A stretch of DNA of 59,136 nt from Coleofasciculus sp. B1-GNL1-01 (lineage in GTDB: Bacteria > Cyanobacteriota > Cyanobacteriia > Cyanobacteriales > Coleofasciculaceae). Position 1 is the first letter of the stretch; the number at the start of each line of letters is the position of its first letter. Position numbers and translations under genes: made by a program. The notes under the pieces are model-generated. The model saw only the letters and a list, made by a program, of their open reading frames with translations. It did no database searches and had not been told where the DNA came from. Of the stretch, positions 41,922 through 52,205 are shown piece after piece. Location: assembly GCA_040220235.1 (NCBI GenBank), contig JAVJTO010000021.1; one strand, written 5' to 3'.

Positions 41922-42818
41922 ATGACAAATGATGTAATTGGTATTGACTTAGGTGGAACCGCGATTAAGCTGGGACTTTTCCAGAAAGATGGCACTTGCA
42001 CCCAATCGTTAACCGTGGCGACGCCCCAACCCTCAACTCCAAAAGCCGTGGTTGAAGTAATGGCAGACGCGATCGCACAACTTGATACCAACCATAGCGT
42101 GATTGCCATTGGTGTGGGTACTCCCGGACCTGCAGATGCAACCGGACGGATTGCTAGAGTGGCGATTAATCTCAACGATTGGCATGATATTCCCTTAGCG
42201 GATTGGTTAGAAGCTAAAACAGGTTGTCCGACGATTATCGCCAATGATGCCAATTGCGCGGGTTTAGGTGAAGCTTGGTTAGGTGCAGGATGTCAGTTTC
42301 GCCATCTGATTATGCTGACGTTGGGTACTGGCGTTGGTGGTGCAGTTATTCTAGATGGGAAACTCTTTGTCGGTCATCAGGGCGCAGCCGGGGAGTTGGG
42401 GTTAATCACGTTAAATCCAGAAGGTCCGCCTTGTAATAGTGGCAATCAAGGGTCTCTGGAACAATATCTGTCCATTGGGGCAATTCGTCGCCGTACCGGA
42501 AAAGAACCGACTGAACTGGGGATTTTGGCAAATGAAGGCAATCCAAAGGCGTTAGAATTTTGGAACCATTACGGACGGGATTTAGGTGCAGGATTAGCGA
42601 GTTTGATTTATGTCCTCACTCCAGAAGCGATTATTATTGGGGGTGGAGTTAGTGCAAGTGCCAAATTTTTCTTCCCGGCGGCTTGGACAGAAATTGAACG
42701 TCGAGTGTTACCGAGTTCTCGTACAGGTTTACAGTTACTGACAGCTACCCTAGGGAATCAGGCGGGAATGGTTGGGGCGGCTAAATTAGCGTTACAAATG
42801 AGAAATGATGAATTATGA
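41922..42818 (+). CDS. ROK family sugar kinase (glucokinase-like)
   Basis: IGIDLGGT, NDANCA.LGE, LTLGTGVGG, GELG, CNSGNQGSLE. Confidence 0.92.
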   Translation: MTNDVIGIDLGGTAIKLGLFQKDGTCTQSLTVATPQPSTPKAVVEVMADAIAQLDTNHSVIAIGVGTPGPADATGRIARVAINLNDWHDIPLADWLEAKTGCPTIIANDANCAGLGEAWLGAGCQFRHLIMLTLGTGVGGAVILDGKLFVGHQGAAGELGLITLNPEGPPCNSGNQGSLEQYLSIGAIRRRTGKEPTELGILANEGNPKALEFWNHYGRDLGAGLASLIYVLTPEAIIIGGGVSASAKFFFPAAWTEIERRVLPSSRTGLQLLTATLGNQAGMVGAAKLALQMRNDEL

Positions 42819-42825
42819 GTTGTTA

Positions 42826-43034
42826 TTGGTCATTGGTCATTTGTCATTGGTCATTTGTCATTGGTCATTTGTCATTGGTCATTTGTCATTGGTCATTTGT
42901 CATTGGTCATTGGTCATTTGTCATTGGTCATTTGTCATTGGTCATTTGTCATTGGTCATTTGTCATTGGTCATTTGTCATTGGTCATTTGTCATTGGTCA
43001 TTTGTCATTGGTCATTTGTCATTGGTCATTTGTC
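42826..43034. repeat. STRR heptamer tandem array (GTCATTG/GTCATTT)n
   Basis: About 30 heptamer units between the convergent ROK and arsS genes. Confidence 0.95.
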
Positions 43035-43133
43035 AAGCTGAACAGCTAATATTTCCCCCAGCTTCCCCAGCTTCCCCAGCTTCCCGCTTCATCATATCTA
43101 CGAGGCTGCTCAAGTATTTTCATGCCTGTTCTC

Positions 43134-44129
43134 TCAAGTCAAAGCACCACCGCAACTCGAACCACACCCGGCGGTGCAACCGTAACAATAGGACGCTGTG
43201 CGAATTTCGTCAATGATATCTAAGCTTCCTGCGGCTAATAGCTTACTCACAGTTAAGGGTTCCCCAGTACCAGACTCAGCCGGAATCTCTTCCATCTGAT
43301 TAAAATCGCAATCGTAAACATTTCCTCGATAATCAATCGAGAGTTCATTCCGACACATCAAATGTTCCACCGTCGTCGGATTAAAATTATCTTCCAGAAA
43401 CTTCAGATACGGCGTATACAGCTTGGTTCGTTGCATATAAAACTTGGTTCTGCCAATGGGCAAATTGGTAATCGTAAACAACTGGTTAAACTCAATATCA
43501 AAATTTTCCTTAAGGAACCGTTTATAATCCTGTTCCAACTTCACCTGATTCGGCGTTAAGGAAAAATCTTCACTCACAGGCAACACCGGATTATAAACCA
43601 AATCCAGGATTAACTGCGGATTTTTCCCATACCCCAATTGATTTAACCGTTGAATTGCCCAAATCGAATCATTGTAAACTCCCTTCCCCCGCATTTTATC
43701 CACATTATCCTCTAAATAGCAGGGAAGCGAGGCAACCACGCGCACTTGATGCTGGGCAAAGTATTCGGGTAAATCCTGAAAGTCCGGTTCAAAGAAAATG
43801 GTTAGATTTGACCGTACAATGACTTCTTTACCCGTTACCCGCGCTGCTTCAACTAAGGGTTTAAACCCATAATTCATTTCCGGCGCCCCCCCCGTTAAAT
43901 CAACGGTTTGGATTTGCGGAAAACGATGAATCAGTTCGATAAGTTGATCACAAATTTCCGGGGTTAGTTCTTCCGTGCGTTTAGGTCCGGCTTCTACATG
44001 GCAATGGGTACAGGCGAGATTACAGCGTTTCCCCAGATTGATTTGCAGAACCGTAATTTTGTTTTTAGTTAAAGGTGTACTCAGTTTTTGGCGAAACGGT
44101 GTTACCGCTAATGTGGCTGTCTGTGTCAT
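43134..44129 (-). CDS. arsS: Arsenosugar biosynthesis radical SAM protein ArsS
   Basis: QINLGKRCNLACTHCHV, DLTGGAPE, YDCDFNQ, C-terminal CYGCTAGCGSSCGG (DUF3641). Confidence 0.88.
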   Translation of the reverse strand: MTQTATLAVTPFRQKLSTPLTKNKITVLQINLGKRCNLACTHCHVEAGPKRTEELTPEICDQLIELIHRFPQIQTVDLTGGAPEMNYGFKPLVEAARVTGKEVIVRSNLTIFFEPDFQDLPEYFAQHQVRVVASLPCYLEDNVDKMRGKGVYNDSIWAIQRLNQLGYGKNPQLILDLVYNPVLPVSEDFSLTPNQVKLEQDYKRFLKENFDIEFNQLFTITNLPIGRTKFYMQRTKLYTPYLKFLEDNFNPTTVEHLMCRNELSIDYRGNVYDCDFNQMEEIPAESGTGEPLTVSKLLAAGSLDIIDEIRTASYCYGCTAGCGSSCGGALT

Positions 44130-44516
44130 TACGTTAAATCTCTGGAAATGTATCTTGACTTCAGCATCTGACTAGCCAAACTCATATCGGCTAGCTGAGT
44201 CTATAATAAATCATTTAGTCTGACCCAGATTAATTAAACAAGAGTTCAATGAGTTTTTGCTGAGAATCAGTCATTCGTCATTCGTCATACTCGCGCAAGT
44301 GAGAAGTAAGCTACGTCCTTTGTAAGGGTTTGAGGGGTGTTTACAAAACTTAGTGCAGTGCCGTTTTCTTTTGTCCGACTACTTATCAATAATCTTTGAA
44401 AACAAAAAATAAAAGCTTCACCGTTTTGAGTTCAACCTTCATTACCGCTTTACCAAAACGCTTAAATAACAGGTTAAGGTTGGGTTAATTCATGCCATTA
44501 ACTCAGGAGCGAAACC

Positions 44517-44687
44517 ATGAAAGGAGTGAAAGAAGAATCCCGCAAAGAAGCGATTTATGATAGTTCTAGATTAACAGGCAAAGCTTTCTTGATGGATGGT
44601 AATCCTCTGAGTAAGAAAAAATTAGCGTGTCGGTGGATTAAATCATCAGCAAATCCTGGCACTCTAATGGCAATATGGGATATTTAA
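44517..44687 (+). CDS. Small 56-aa protein missed by the ORF track
   Basis: AGGAG RBS 7 nt before ATG; MKGVKEESRKEAIYDSSRLTGKAFLMDGNPLSKKKLACRWIKSSANPGTLMAIWDI. Confidence 0.45.
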   Translation: MKGVKEESRKEAIYDSSRLTGKAFLMDGNPLSKKKLACRWIKSSANPGTLMAIWDI

Positions 44688-45545
44688 CTGGAGTCGATAC
44701 CGATACAAGGCGACGGGTTGATCTAACGCCTTAAAATAATCAGGATCTTGAGGGGAAAGGTAAATCGCGGTGATTTGCCATGCTTCAATTCCGGAATCCG
44801 GTGATGGTAAGTGATGATAAGCGGTTGTGGTTTCCACCTGATTTAAATAGGGTTGTTGGATACCGCGAAAATATTGGTTAGTGACTTCTGTCGCAATAAA
44901 GCGATCGCGGCTGGGGGTTTCTGTGTTTCGACCTGTGACAATAGAGATAAGTTGGCGTCCCGATCGCAATTCGGTTATTTGGCGATTTACAGACGCCGGA
45001 TCAACCTTAACTGAACGAATGGCGTCATTACCGAGATAGGCTTGGGCGATATTTAAGCCATTAAATTCTCGATCCGCCACAATCGCTGATTCGGTTTGCT
45101 GGGGAAGCGGTATGATGCGATCGCGAGATTTGGATTGAACTTGATCCACCCGTTCAAACCGTACCTGAAACTGGATTGGTTGATTTAAATAGCGGCGATT
45201 ACTCTCAAATCCCGGCGTGACTATCTCTGGCGCTAAGGGTGCAACTTGTTCGACGAGGGTGCTGGTAACATTCCAAGTTCCCTCCATCCAATCGGGATAA
45301 ACCAAATCCCCCGTCGCCGCCGTTACTGGGGGTTTACTTTGCCAATCGGGAAACTGCGCCACGCGATCGGCAAGTTGTCCGGCTTGGGCTGGATTTGTCC
45401 AAAACCAGTAGACTAAAATTAAGCCTAATCCTATGAGTCTGGGGATAATTGCCACAACTAAGTTGATCGTTGCTTGGTATCGGTGAATAAGAGAGAGTGC
45501 GATCGCACTCACAGTAGGATACCTCGCCAGTGAACTTCTGCCCAA
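44664..45545 (-). CDS. Conserved exported protein (DUF6816-like)
   Basis: FPDW...P....GDL.YPDWM.G.W.V.STL, VADR.FN, NQVETTT.Y, YLSPQDPDYF; true start probably downstream of 45545. Confidence 0.7.
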   Translation of the reverse strand: MGRSSLARYPTVSAIALSLIHRYQATINLVVAIIPRLIGLGLILVYWFWTNPAQAGQLADRVAQFPDWQSKPPVTAATGDLVYPDWMEGTWNVTSTLVEQVAPLAPEIVTPGFESNRRYLNQPIQFQVRFERVDQVQSKSRDRIIPLPQQTESAIVADREFNGLNIAQAYLGNDAIRSVKVDPASVNRQITELRSGRQLISIVTGRNTETPSRDRFIATEVTNQYFRGIQQPYLNQVETTTAYHHLPSPDSGIEAWQITAIYLSPQDPDYFKALDQPVALYRYRLQLNIPYCH

Positions 45546-45568
45546 TCATGCCAATTTCTCGGTTAGAT

Positions 45569-45754
45569 GCGACAACCTGTAGGTGTTTTTTCAGGCGAGT
45601 CTAAATTTGAGGCTGTATCCTTTATCCTGTCAGGGTTTGCCGCCTCTTTTGCTGTTAAGGAGGTTGTCGCAATCGTACCTTGAAAACCAAATACAGTATA
45701 GGTTCTGAGAGGCTGCACTTGGAATGCCCCTGAATCCCTACCAGGGATTGAAAC
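45569..45754 (+). CRISPR. Orphan CRISPR leader-like region plus a single 37-nt type I-D-like repeat
   Basis: Repeat CTTGGAATGCCCCTGAATCCCTACCAGGGATTGAAAC (45718-45754) with 3' hairpin and ATTGAAAC end; upstream inverted repeat GCGACAACCT / AGGTTGTCGC resembles cyanobacterial leaders; no second repeat and no cas genes. Confidence 0.6.
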
Positions 45755-45835
45755 AAACATCCATTAAAAATAAATTTCCTCAACAAACGGTAAGGGCACG
45801 GCAATGCCGTGCCCCTACAAATATTAGGCTCAACC

Positions 45836-46231
45836 TCAACTTAATTCATCAATTAGCTTAACAACTCGCTGCTTAATCTCATCTCGTACTCGCCGAAACG
45901 TCTCTATCGGTTCACCCGCCAGATCATCCAATTGCCAATCTTGAAATATTTCACGCAATACCCAAGGTTTAGGCAAATTTACCCCACACTCACACAGAGA
46001 AATCACAGCATTATAATCTTGAGGATTAAAATCACTTAACGGCTTAGACGTTTGCTCACTGATATCAATACCAACTTCCGCCATCACCTCCACCGCCTTA
46101 GGATTCACCTCAGACGCCTCCAAACCCGAACTCGTCACTGCAACTTTCCCCTCTCCTAACTTGCGAGCAAATCCTTCTGCCATTTGGGAACGACAGGAGT
46201 TTTTTTTGCAAACAAACATAACGTGTTTCAT
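45836..46231 (-). CDS. arsC: Arsenate reductase, LMWP-fold glutaredoxin type (copy 1)
   Basis: FVCKKNSCRSQMAEG P-loop and SLCECG motif. Confidence 0.88.
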   Translation of the reverse strand: MKHVMFVCKKNSCRSQMAEGFARKLGEGKVAVTSSGLEASEVNPKAVEVMAEVGIDISEQTSKPLSDFNPQDYNAVISLCECGVNLPKPWVLREIFQDWQLDDLAGEPIETFRRVRDEIKQRVVKLIDELS

Positions 46232-46326
46232 GGTAATCCTGGATACTAATTTTTGTTGGTTTACGACAATTCAATCGCTGAGGCACGAGTCGGAACAAAG
46301 TTCAAAAAAATCACCGCTATTCCTCT

Positions 46327-46734
46327 CTATCCCTTAATATTCAGAAATAACAATAAGGCTCTGACTTGTCTTTCCACTTCATCGCGAACTTGGCGAAATA
46401 TCTCTATCGGTTCATCATGGGGATCATCTAATCGCCACTCGTAGAAAGTTTCCTTTATTAACCACTCCTCCGGTAAATCTTTACCACAGTCACACATCGA
46501 TATCACAGCCGGAAAGTCTTCAGCATTGAAATCACTCAACAGTTTAGACTGGTGCTGACTAATATCAATACCCACCTCAGCCATAACCTGAACCGCCAGT
46601 GGATGAACCTGACTCGCTTCCAGTCCAGCGCTGGCGAAGGAAAATTTCCGATTCTCATCTAAAAAGCGAGCAAACCCTTCTGCCATTTGGGAACGGCAAG
46701 CGTTTTTTTGACAGACAAAAATCACTCTTTTCAT
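46327..46734 (-). CDS. arsC: Arsenate reductase, LMWP-fold (copy 2)
   Basis: FVCQKNACRSQMAEG, SMCDCG, W.LDDP. Confidence 0.85.
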   Translation of the reverse strand: MKRVIFVCQKNACRSQMAEGFARFLDENRKFSFASAGLEASQVHPLAVQVMAEVGIDISQHQSKLLSDFNAEDFPAVISMCDCGKDLPEEWLIKETFYEWRLDDPHDEPIEIFRQVRDEVERQVRALLLFLNIKG

Positions 46735-46835
46735 GGATCAATAACAGCATGAAGGATAATGAGTTTAAGGACAAGGGAAGTCTGTTATTAGCTCATATCA
46801 TTTGTTATTTGGATAAACAATGGCACGGAGAATGA

Positions 46836-47987
46836 TTAGTAAGGGCTAACACAACGCGGATCACGCAATGTTGCCTTCTCCGGTTCCCGGGGAAACCACA
46901 TCGCCGTTCGCTTACAAAATTCCACCAACATCAACATCACAGGCACCTCAATTAATACCCCAACAACCGTCGCCAACGCCGCCCCCGAATTCAACCCAAA
47001 CAGCATAACCGCCGTCGCAATTGCCACTTCAAAATGATTACTCGCCCCAATTAATGCCGCAGGTGCAGCATCTTCATACGCCAAATTCAACTTCAACGCC
47101 GCCACATAAGCAATAAAGAAGATAAAATTGGTCTGAATAAACAACGGTACAGCAATCAGCAAAATGTGCAGCGGGTTATTAATAATCAGTTCTCCCTTAA
47201 AGGCAAATAACAGAACCAGCGTAATTAACAGCGCCGCAATCGAAATCGGACTCAGATATTTAATGAATCGCCGTTCAAACCATTCTTTCCCCTTATGTTT
47301 AAAAATCCAATATCGACTATACATCCCCGCCGCCAACGGCAACCCCACATAAATCAACACCGATAACACAATGGTTTGCCAGGGTACAGTTAAATTATTC
47401 GCCGCTAATAACCATCGTCCTAATGGGGCGTACAGAAACAACATCACCAACGAATTCACCGCCACCATCACCAAGGTATGTCCTTGATTACTGTAAGACA
47501 GATATCCCCACATCAAAACCATCGCTGTACAAGGGGCAATGCCTAATAAAATTGCCCCAGCGATGTAAGAATTTGCCAAGACAACTTCTGTGCCGCGAAT
47601 CATCTCAGTTTCCGATAGCAAAGGCTGAAACAACCAACCCAGGAAAAACTGGGCAAAAACCACCATAGTGAACGGTTTAATTAACCAATTGACCACCAGG
47701 GTTAAAATCACCGGTTTGGGCGCACGCACTGCCCGTTTTGCTTGGGTGAAATCAATCTTCACCATAATCGGATACATCATGAAAAACAGGCAGATGGCGA
47801 TAGGAATAGATACCTGATAAATACTCATGGTATCCAGTGTCACCGCTACACCGGGAAATAATTTGCCTAGGGCAATACCCGCGAGAATGCACAATATCAC
47901 CCAAACGGTGAGATATTTTTCAAAGAAACTAAGTTGACCCCCAACTTGGGGTGGTGATGGTGTGGTGTGAGATGAATTGGTACTCAT
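46836..47987 (-). CDS. acr3: ACR3 family arsenite efflux transporter
   Basis: [47 protein letters not shown] at 47987 is the likely start. Confidence 0.93.
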   Translation of the reverse strand: MSTNSSHTTPSPPQVGGQLSFFEKYLTVWVILCILAGIALGKLFPGVAVTLDTMSIYQVSIPIAICLFFMMYPIMVKIDFTQAKRAVRAPKPVILTLVVNWLIKPFTMVVFAQFFLGWLFQPLLSETEMIRGTEVVLANSYIAGAILLGIAPCTAMVLMWGYLSYSNQGHTLVMVAVNSLVMLFLYAPLGRWLLAANNLTVPWQTIVLSVLIYVGLPLAAGMYSRYWIFKHKGKEWFERRFIKYLSPISIAALLITLVLLFAFKGELIINNPLHILLIAVPLFIQTNFIFFIAYVAALKLNLAYEDAAPAALIGASNHFEVAIATAVMLFGLNSGAALATVVGVLIEVPVMLMLVEFCKRTAMWFPREPEKATLRDPRCVSPY

Positions 47988-48137
47988 GGGAATCAATTAC
48001 CCCTCAGCCTGTGAACCTTCACCTAGTACAAGAAGGCAGAAGTCCGAAGGCAGATGGCAGAAGGCTATAAGGAACATAAATAAGGTAGCTGCTTTTAAGG
48101 AGCTTGTTGACTGGTTAGTATTTGAAGCCGCGCTGCA

Positions 48138-49403
48138 CTAGTGACCTCCTCCAGCTTTCCAGCCAATCTCTCGACCGGGCTTGGGGTTTGGTAGTTTCAA
48201 GGTAATGAGTTCTGCTAGCAAAACAAAAATAGCCGATGTCCATAAACAGCCCACCAATCCATAAAACTGGAAGATGAGACCCGATAGCACGGTTCCCGCT
48301 AACCGTCCACCAGAATTCGCCATGTAATAGAAACCCACATTCAGCGCTACCTTGTCATCTTCGGTAAAAGCCAGCACCAGGTAGGAATGCACCGCCGAAT
48401 TAAATGCAAAGACAATACCAAATGTCATCAAACCAATCACAATAGTTTGTCCGGGGGGACGACCTGTTTGCAGAGCCAAGGCGATCGCCGCAGGCATTGC
48501 CGTCAAAAATCCTGTCCAGAAGCGAATCGTGCTGGCTTGGGGAGGCTTCCCTGAACCAAAATGCTTCAGCAATGTTGGGGCAAGGGATTGAACAATACCG
48601 TACCCAATCACCCAAATGGCGAGAAATCCACCAACCTGTTCAAAGGTCCAGTTCAATTCGCCGTGGAGAAACACGGGTAGACCTACCACAAACCAGACAT
48701 CCCGTGAACCAAATAGAAAGAACCGTGCCGCTGAAAGAATGTTGATTTCTCGACTCTTAGAAAAGAGCTGGCGAAACTTTACCTTTGCCTTAATCTTGCC
48801 CATGCCCGACGGCAACCACCGACTCGATAGTAGAATAAAGAACAGTCCACCTGCCAGAATCAGCAGCGCATTGATATAGCCGAATGCTGCAAGCAGGACA
48901 CTTCCGACAAAAAAGCCTACACCTTTGAGAGCATTCTTCGACCCAGTGAGAATGGCAACCCATTTGAATAAGGATGACTGAGCCTCTTGCGGAATGACCA
49001 GACGTATAGCACTTTTGGAACTCATTTTCGTTAAGTCTTTGGCAATGCCTGATATAGCCTGTGCTACCATCACATAGGGGATCGCCAAGGCAAGTGCCCA
49101 GGACTCATTCACAGGAGTCATCATCAGCAATGCTCCAATTTGTAGAGCAATCCCTCCGTAGAGAGTCAACTTTACACCAAACTGAGACCCGATCCAACCG
49201 CCGAATAAATTGGTGACAATACCAAAGATTTCGTATAAAAGAAACAGCATCGCCACTTCAAAGGGCGAATAACCAATCGTGTAGAAGTAGAGCAGCACCA
49301 GCATCCGCAGTGCCCCATCGGTGATGGTGAACCCCCAATAGGCTGCCGTCACGAGAGCATAATTACGAACTCCAGTTTTGTCGAACGTTGTAGGAGATGC
49401 CAT
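48138..49403 (-). CDS. arsJ: Organoarsenical efflux MFS transporter ArsJ
   Basis: YW.FT.TDGALRMLVL, SG.AKDL.KMS.KS, LTGSKNALKG, RDVWFVV.LP, VGFYYMAN..GRL; adjacent to GAPDH. Confidence 0.92.
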   Translation of the reverse strand: MASPTTFDKTGVRNYALVTAAYWGFTITDGALRMLVLLYFYTIGYSPFEVAMLFLLYEIFGIVTNLFGGWIGSQFGVKLTLYGGIALQIGALLMMTPVNESWALALAIPYVMVAQAISGIAKDLTKMSSKSAIRLVIPQEAQSSLFKWVAILTGSKNALKGVGFFVGSVLLAAFGYINALLILAGGLFFILLSSRWLPSGMGKIKAKVKFRQLFSKSREINILSAARFFLFGSRDVWFVVGLPVFLHGELNWTFEQVGGFLAIWVIGYGIVQSLAPTLLKHFGSGKPPQASTIRFWTGFLTAMPAAIALALQTGRPPGQTIVIGLMTFGIVFAFNSAVHSYLVLAFTEDDKVALNVGFYYMANSGGRLAGTVLSGLIFQFYGLVGCLWTSAIFVLLAELITLKLPNPKPGREIGWKAGGGH

Positions 49404-49454
49404 AGGTCGTTAGGATTGTGATTAATAATGTAGCTGTAGCCTTAAAGAGATAGA

Positions 49455-50465
49455 TTACGCTAACGAAGCCGCCACCTTGCGAGCCAGTTCAGCCATCCGG
49501 TTCGCATAACCCCACTCGTTGTCATACCAGGCGAGAATCTTCACCTGAGTCCCATCCACCACCATGGTTGAAAGGGCATCAATGATGGACGAGCGGGGGT
49601 CATCTTTATAGTCGATGGATACCAAAGGACGCTCTTCGTAGCCCAAAATGCCTTTGAGTTCCCCCTCAGAGGCGCTCTTGAGCAATTGATTCACCTCGTC
49701 GATTGTGGTGGGGCGTTCTACTTCAAACACACAGTCTGTCAGTGATGCATTCAGCAGCGGTACACGTACAGCCAAGCCATTCAGCTTACCTTTCAATTCG
49801 GGATAGATGAGGGTGATCGCCGTTGCTGATCCGGTTGTGGTGGGAATCAACGATAAACTGGTTGCCCGTGCTCGCCGTAGATCTTTATGGGGCGCATCAA
49901 CAATCGTCTGGGTGTTGGTTGTGTCGTGGATGGTGGTGATCACCCCATGCTTGATCCCTAGTCCTTCATGGATCACCTTTACAACCGGAGCGAGGCAGTT
50001 GGTGGTGCAGGAAGCCGCTGTTAACAAATGGTGTTTAGCAGGTGCATAGAGATCATCGTTAATGCCGTAGACGATATTGAGTGCTCCTTGCTTGACGGGA
50101 GCTGCCACAATAACCTTCTGCACGCCGCGTTTGAAGTACGGATCGAGCAGCTCGGGGGTGCGGAATTTGCCGGAGCATTCTAGAACGATATCTACGCCAA
50201 GTTCATCCCAAGGAACTTCACCAGGAGTCTGGTACTCACTAAAGCTAAGAGGTTGTCTATCAATGAGAATTTGTGTCTCGCTTTCGGCTTCTACGGCTAG
50301 TTCCCAGCGTCCGTGTACTGAGTCAAACTTGAGCAGGTGAGCGGCGGCTGCCGTTCCTCCTTTGACTTCGTTGATGTGGATGAAGTCCAGCTCGGGCCTA
50401 GCCCAAGCGGCTCGCAACACTAATCGACCTATCCGTCCAAACCCATTAATTGCAACCTTGGTCAT
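49455..50465 (-). CDS. ArsJ-associated glyceraldehyde-3-phosphate dehydrogenase
   Basis: [27 protein letters not shown]; directly upstream of arsJ. Confidence 0.92.
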   Translation of the reverse strand: MTKVAINGFGRIGRLVLRAAWARPELDFIHINEVKGGTAAAAHLLKFDSVHGRWELAVEAESETQILIDRQPLSFSEYQTPGEVPWDELGVDIVLECSGKFRTPELLDPYFKRGVQKVIVAAPVKQGALNIVYGINDDLYAPAKHHLLTAASCTTNCLAPVVKVIHEGLGIKHGVITTIHDTTNTQTIVDAPHKDLRRARATSLSLIPTTTGSATAITLIYPELKGKLNGLAVRVPLLNASLTDCVFEVERPTTIDEVNQLLKSASEGELKGILGYEERPLVSIDYKDDPRSSIIDALSTMVVDGTQVKILAWYDNEWGYANRMAELARKVAASLA

Positions 50466-50547
50466 ACAACTTTACTCCATCAATAAGCTTCTTAGATGCC
50501 TTGGTATTCCTCTTCAGAGAAATGAATCAAACGGCAACTGCTAATGG

Positions 50548-51576
50548 TTAAAACGTTTTTTGTTTGCGTAACAACTCACCAATGGTGAGATTGAATTCAG
50601 CTTTGCCGTCAAAGACTGTGCCGACTTTGTTTTGAAAGAAATGTACGTTCGCCATGTGATATCCCTCTTCCGGTAACGGCACATAGCCAACCGAACTAAC
50701 GATTTCTGGGGCGTTCTCCAGGTAAAACGCCACAAATTCTGCTAACGCTGGGTTTTTCTGGGCAGCCGCCGCGTTAACGTAGATAAACAACGGTCGGGCT
50801 AAGGGTTGATAGTCAGCCGCCTCAACGGTTTGACGTGACGGGAATACAGCCCCCTTGCCACTATCGACCGCGATCGCTTTTAATTTATCTGGAATCGCTT
50901 CGTAATAAGCTAAACCAAAATAGCCCAATGCATTGGGGTCTTGATTCACCCCCTGTGCCAGGATTTCATCATCCTCACTGGCGGTATAATCGCTACGACT
51001 CGACCCAGCTTCACCGACAATGGCTTCGGTAAAGTAATCAAACGTACCAGAATCTGTTCCCGGACCATATAGATTTAACGGTTTCTGGGGAAAAGACTCC
51101 CGGACTTGATTCCATTGGGTGATTTGGCGTTGGGCTTCGGGTGCCCAGATTTTTTGCAATTCTGCCACCGTGAGACGGTCTACCCAATCATTTTCGGGAT
51201 TGACGACAACGGTAATCGCATCAAAGGCAACGGGGAGTTCAATGTAAGCCACCCCTGCTTGTTTGCAAGCTGCCATCTCATCAGTTTGAATCGGGCGAGA
51301 GGCATCATTAATATCGGTTTCGCCAGCACAGAACTTTTCAAACCCACCCCCTGTACCTGAAAAGCCCACGGTGACATTGACAGGTGCTTTTGTTGTAGCT
51401 TTGAATGCCTCCGCAACAGTCTTCGTAATCGGATACACCGTACTCGAACCATCAATATCAATCGGTTGGGGCGACTGCGACTGGACTTGGGAACAAGCAC
51501 CCAGGAGTGCCGTAACCATTCCAATTAGCGCCAATTTTGTCTGTGGCAGGATTTTGGGTTTGGGGATAACCTTCAT
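50548..51576 (-). CDS. pstS: PstS family phosphate-binding lipoprotein in the ars operon
   Basis: Lipobox [36 protein letters not shown]. Confidence 0.88.
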   Translation of the reverse strand: MKVIPKPKILPQTKLALIGMVTALLGACSQVQSQSPQPIDIDGSSTVYPITKTVAEAFKATTKAPVNVTVGFSGTGGGFEKFCAGETDINDASRPIQTDEMAACKQAGVAYIELPVAFDAITVVVNPENDWVDRLTVAELQKIWAPEAQRQITQWNQVRESFPQKPLNLYGPGTDSGTFDYFTEAIVGEAGSSRSDYTASEDDEILAQGVNQDPNALGYFGLAYYEAIPDKLKAIAVDSGKGAVFPSRQTVEAADYQPLARPLFIYVNAAAAQKNPALAEFVAFYLENAPEIVSSVGYVPLPEEGYHMANVHFFQNKVGTVFDGKAEFNLTIGELLRKQKTF

Positions 51577-51619
51577 TGAACTCGACCCCCTTCTAGAACT
51601 ATGGGATTACTTTTATCAT

Positions 51620-51635
51620 TTCAAAAAAATTTGAT
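51620..51635. promoter_or_regulatory. Putative ArsR operator upstream of the pstS-ars operon
   Basis: TTCAA-AAAAAT-TTGAT; on the minus strand ATCAA-N6-TTGAA, close to the Synechocystis ArsR box ATCAA-N6-TTGAT. Confidence 0.6.
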
Positions 51636-51759
51636 TTGTCAAGCCCTTATATCCCAGATTGAGGCGATGTCATGCAGGAGGCAGGAGCTAGGATGCAGGA
51701 GACAGAGGGCAGAAGGCTGATTATAGCAATACTCCAAAAAAAGTTGATACCAAACAATT

Positions 51760-51787
51760 GTAGAGACGCGCCATGGCGCGTCTCTAC
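51760..51787. repeat. GTAG REP perfect palindrome
   Basis: GTAGAGACGCGCCATGGCGCGTCTCTAC, identical to 7420-7447 and 52661-52688. Confidence 0.85.
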
Positions 51788-51813
51788 ACCCCTACGCCCT
51801 TGAACCCCAGGTA

Positions 51814-52140
51814 TTAATCCGCACAGGGACGAGCGGATAAAATTGGGCTAAAGCGGCGGTAGTCTGCCAAATATTGTTCTAACAGCACAAATTGAGGCAA
51901 ATTCAGGCTGTAATAAACCCAACGCCCTTCCTGACGGGGGCGAACCAAGTTGGCTTCTTTGAGAGTTTTCAAGTGAAACGATAACTTCGACTGACTCACC
52001 TCCAGCACTTCGCAGAGTTCGCACACACAGAGTTCCTGTTCTCGCAACAGTTCCAGTAGCTTGATCCGAATCGGATCAGATAGAGCATGGAAGCTAGAGG
52101 TAATCAGGCTCAGATTGGTCGGGGAGGCGGTGACTTGCAT
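51814..52140 (-). CDS. arsR: ArsR/SmtB family repressor with ELCVCEL metal site
   Basis: FHALSDP.R, ELCVCEL, SQSKLSFHLK.L, GRW.YY; start probably ATG 52140 (track gives 52158). Confidence 0.9.
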   Translation of the reverse strand: MQVTASPTNLSLITSSFHALSDPIRIKLLELLREQELCVCELCEVLEVSQSKLSFHLKTLKEANLVRPRQEGRWVYYSLNLPQFVLLEQYLADYRRFSPILSARPCAD

Positions 52141-52154
52141 CAACTTTTCTTGAA
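52139..52154. promoter_or_regulatory. Putative ArsR autoregulatory operator
   Basis: ATCAA-CTTTTC-TTGAA abutting the arsR ATG; same pattern as 51620-51635. Confidence 0.55.
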
Positions 52155-52205
52155 ACATCCCCTTAATTTTAGCCCGGTTTCAAGGTAGAGACGTGCTTTT
52201 GAAAG

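Noticed and set aside
43134..43200. Possible selenocysteine recoding in the ArsS C-terminal motif
   Set aside because: All positions are Cys codons; the only TGA is the terminal stop.
42805..43216. ORFs with VICHWSFVIGHLSL repeats
   Set aside because: Translation of the STRR heptamer array, not real proteins.
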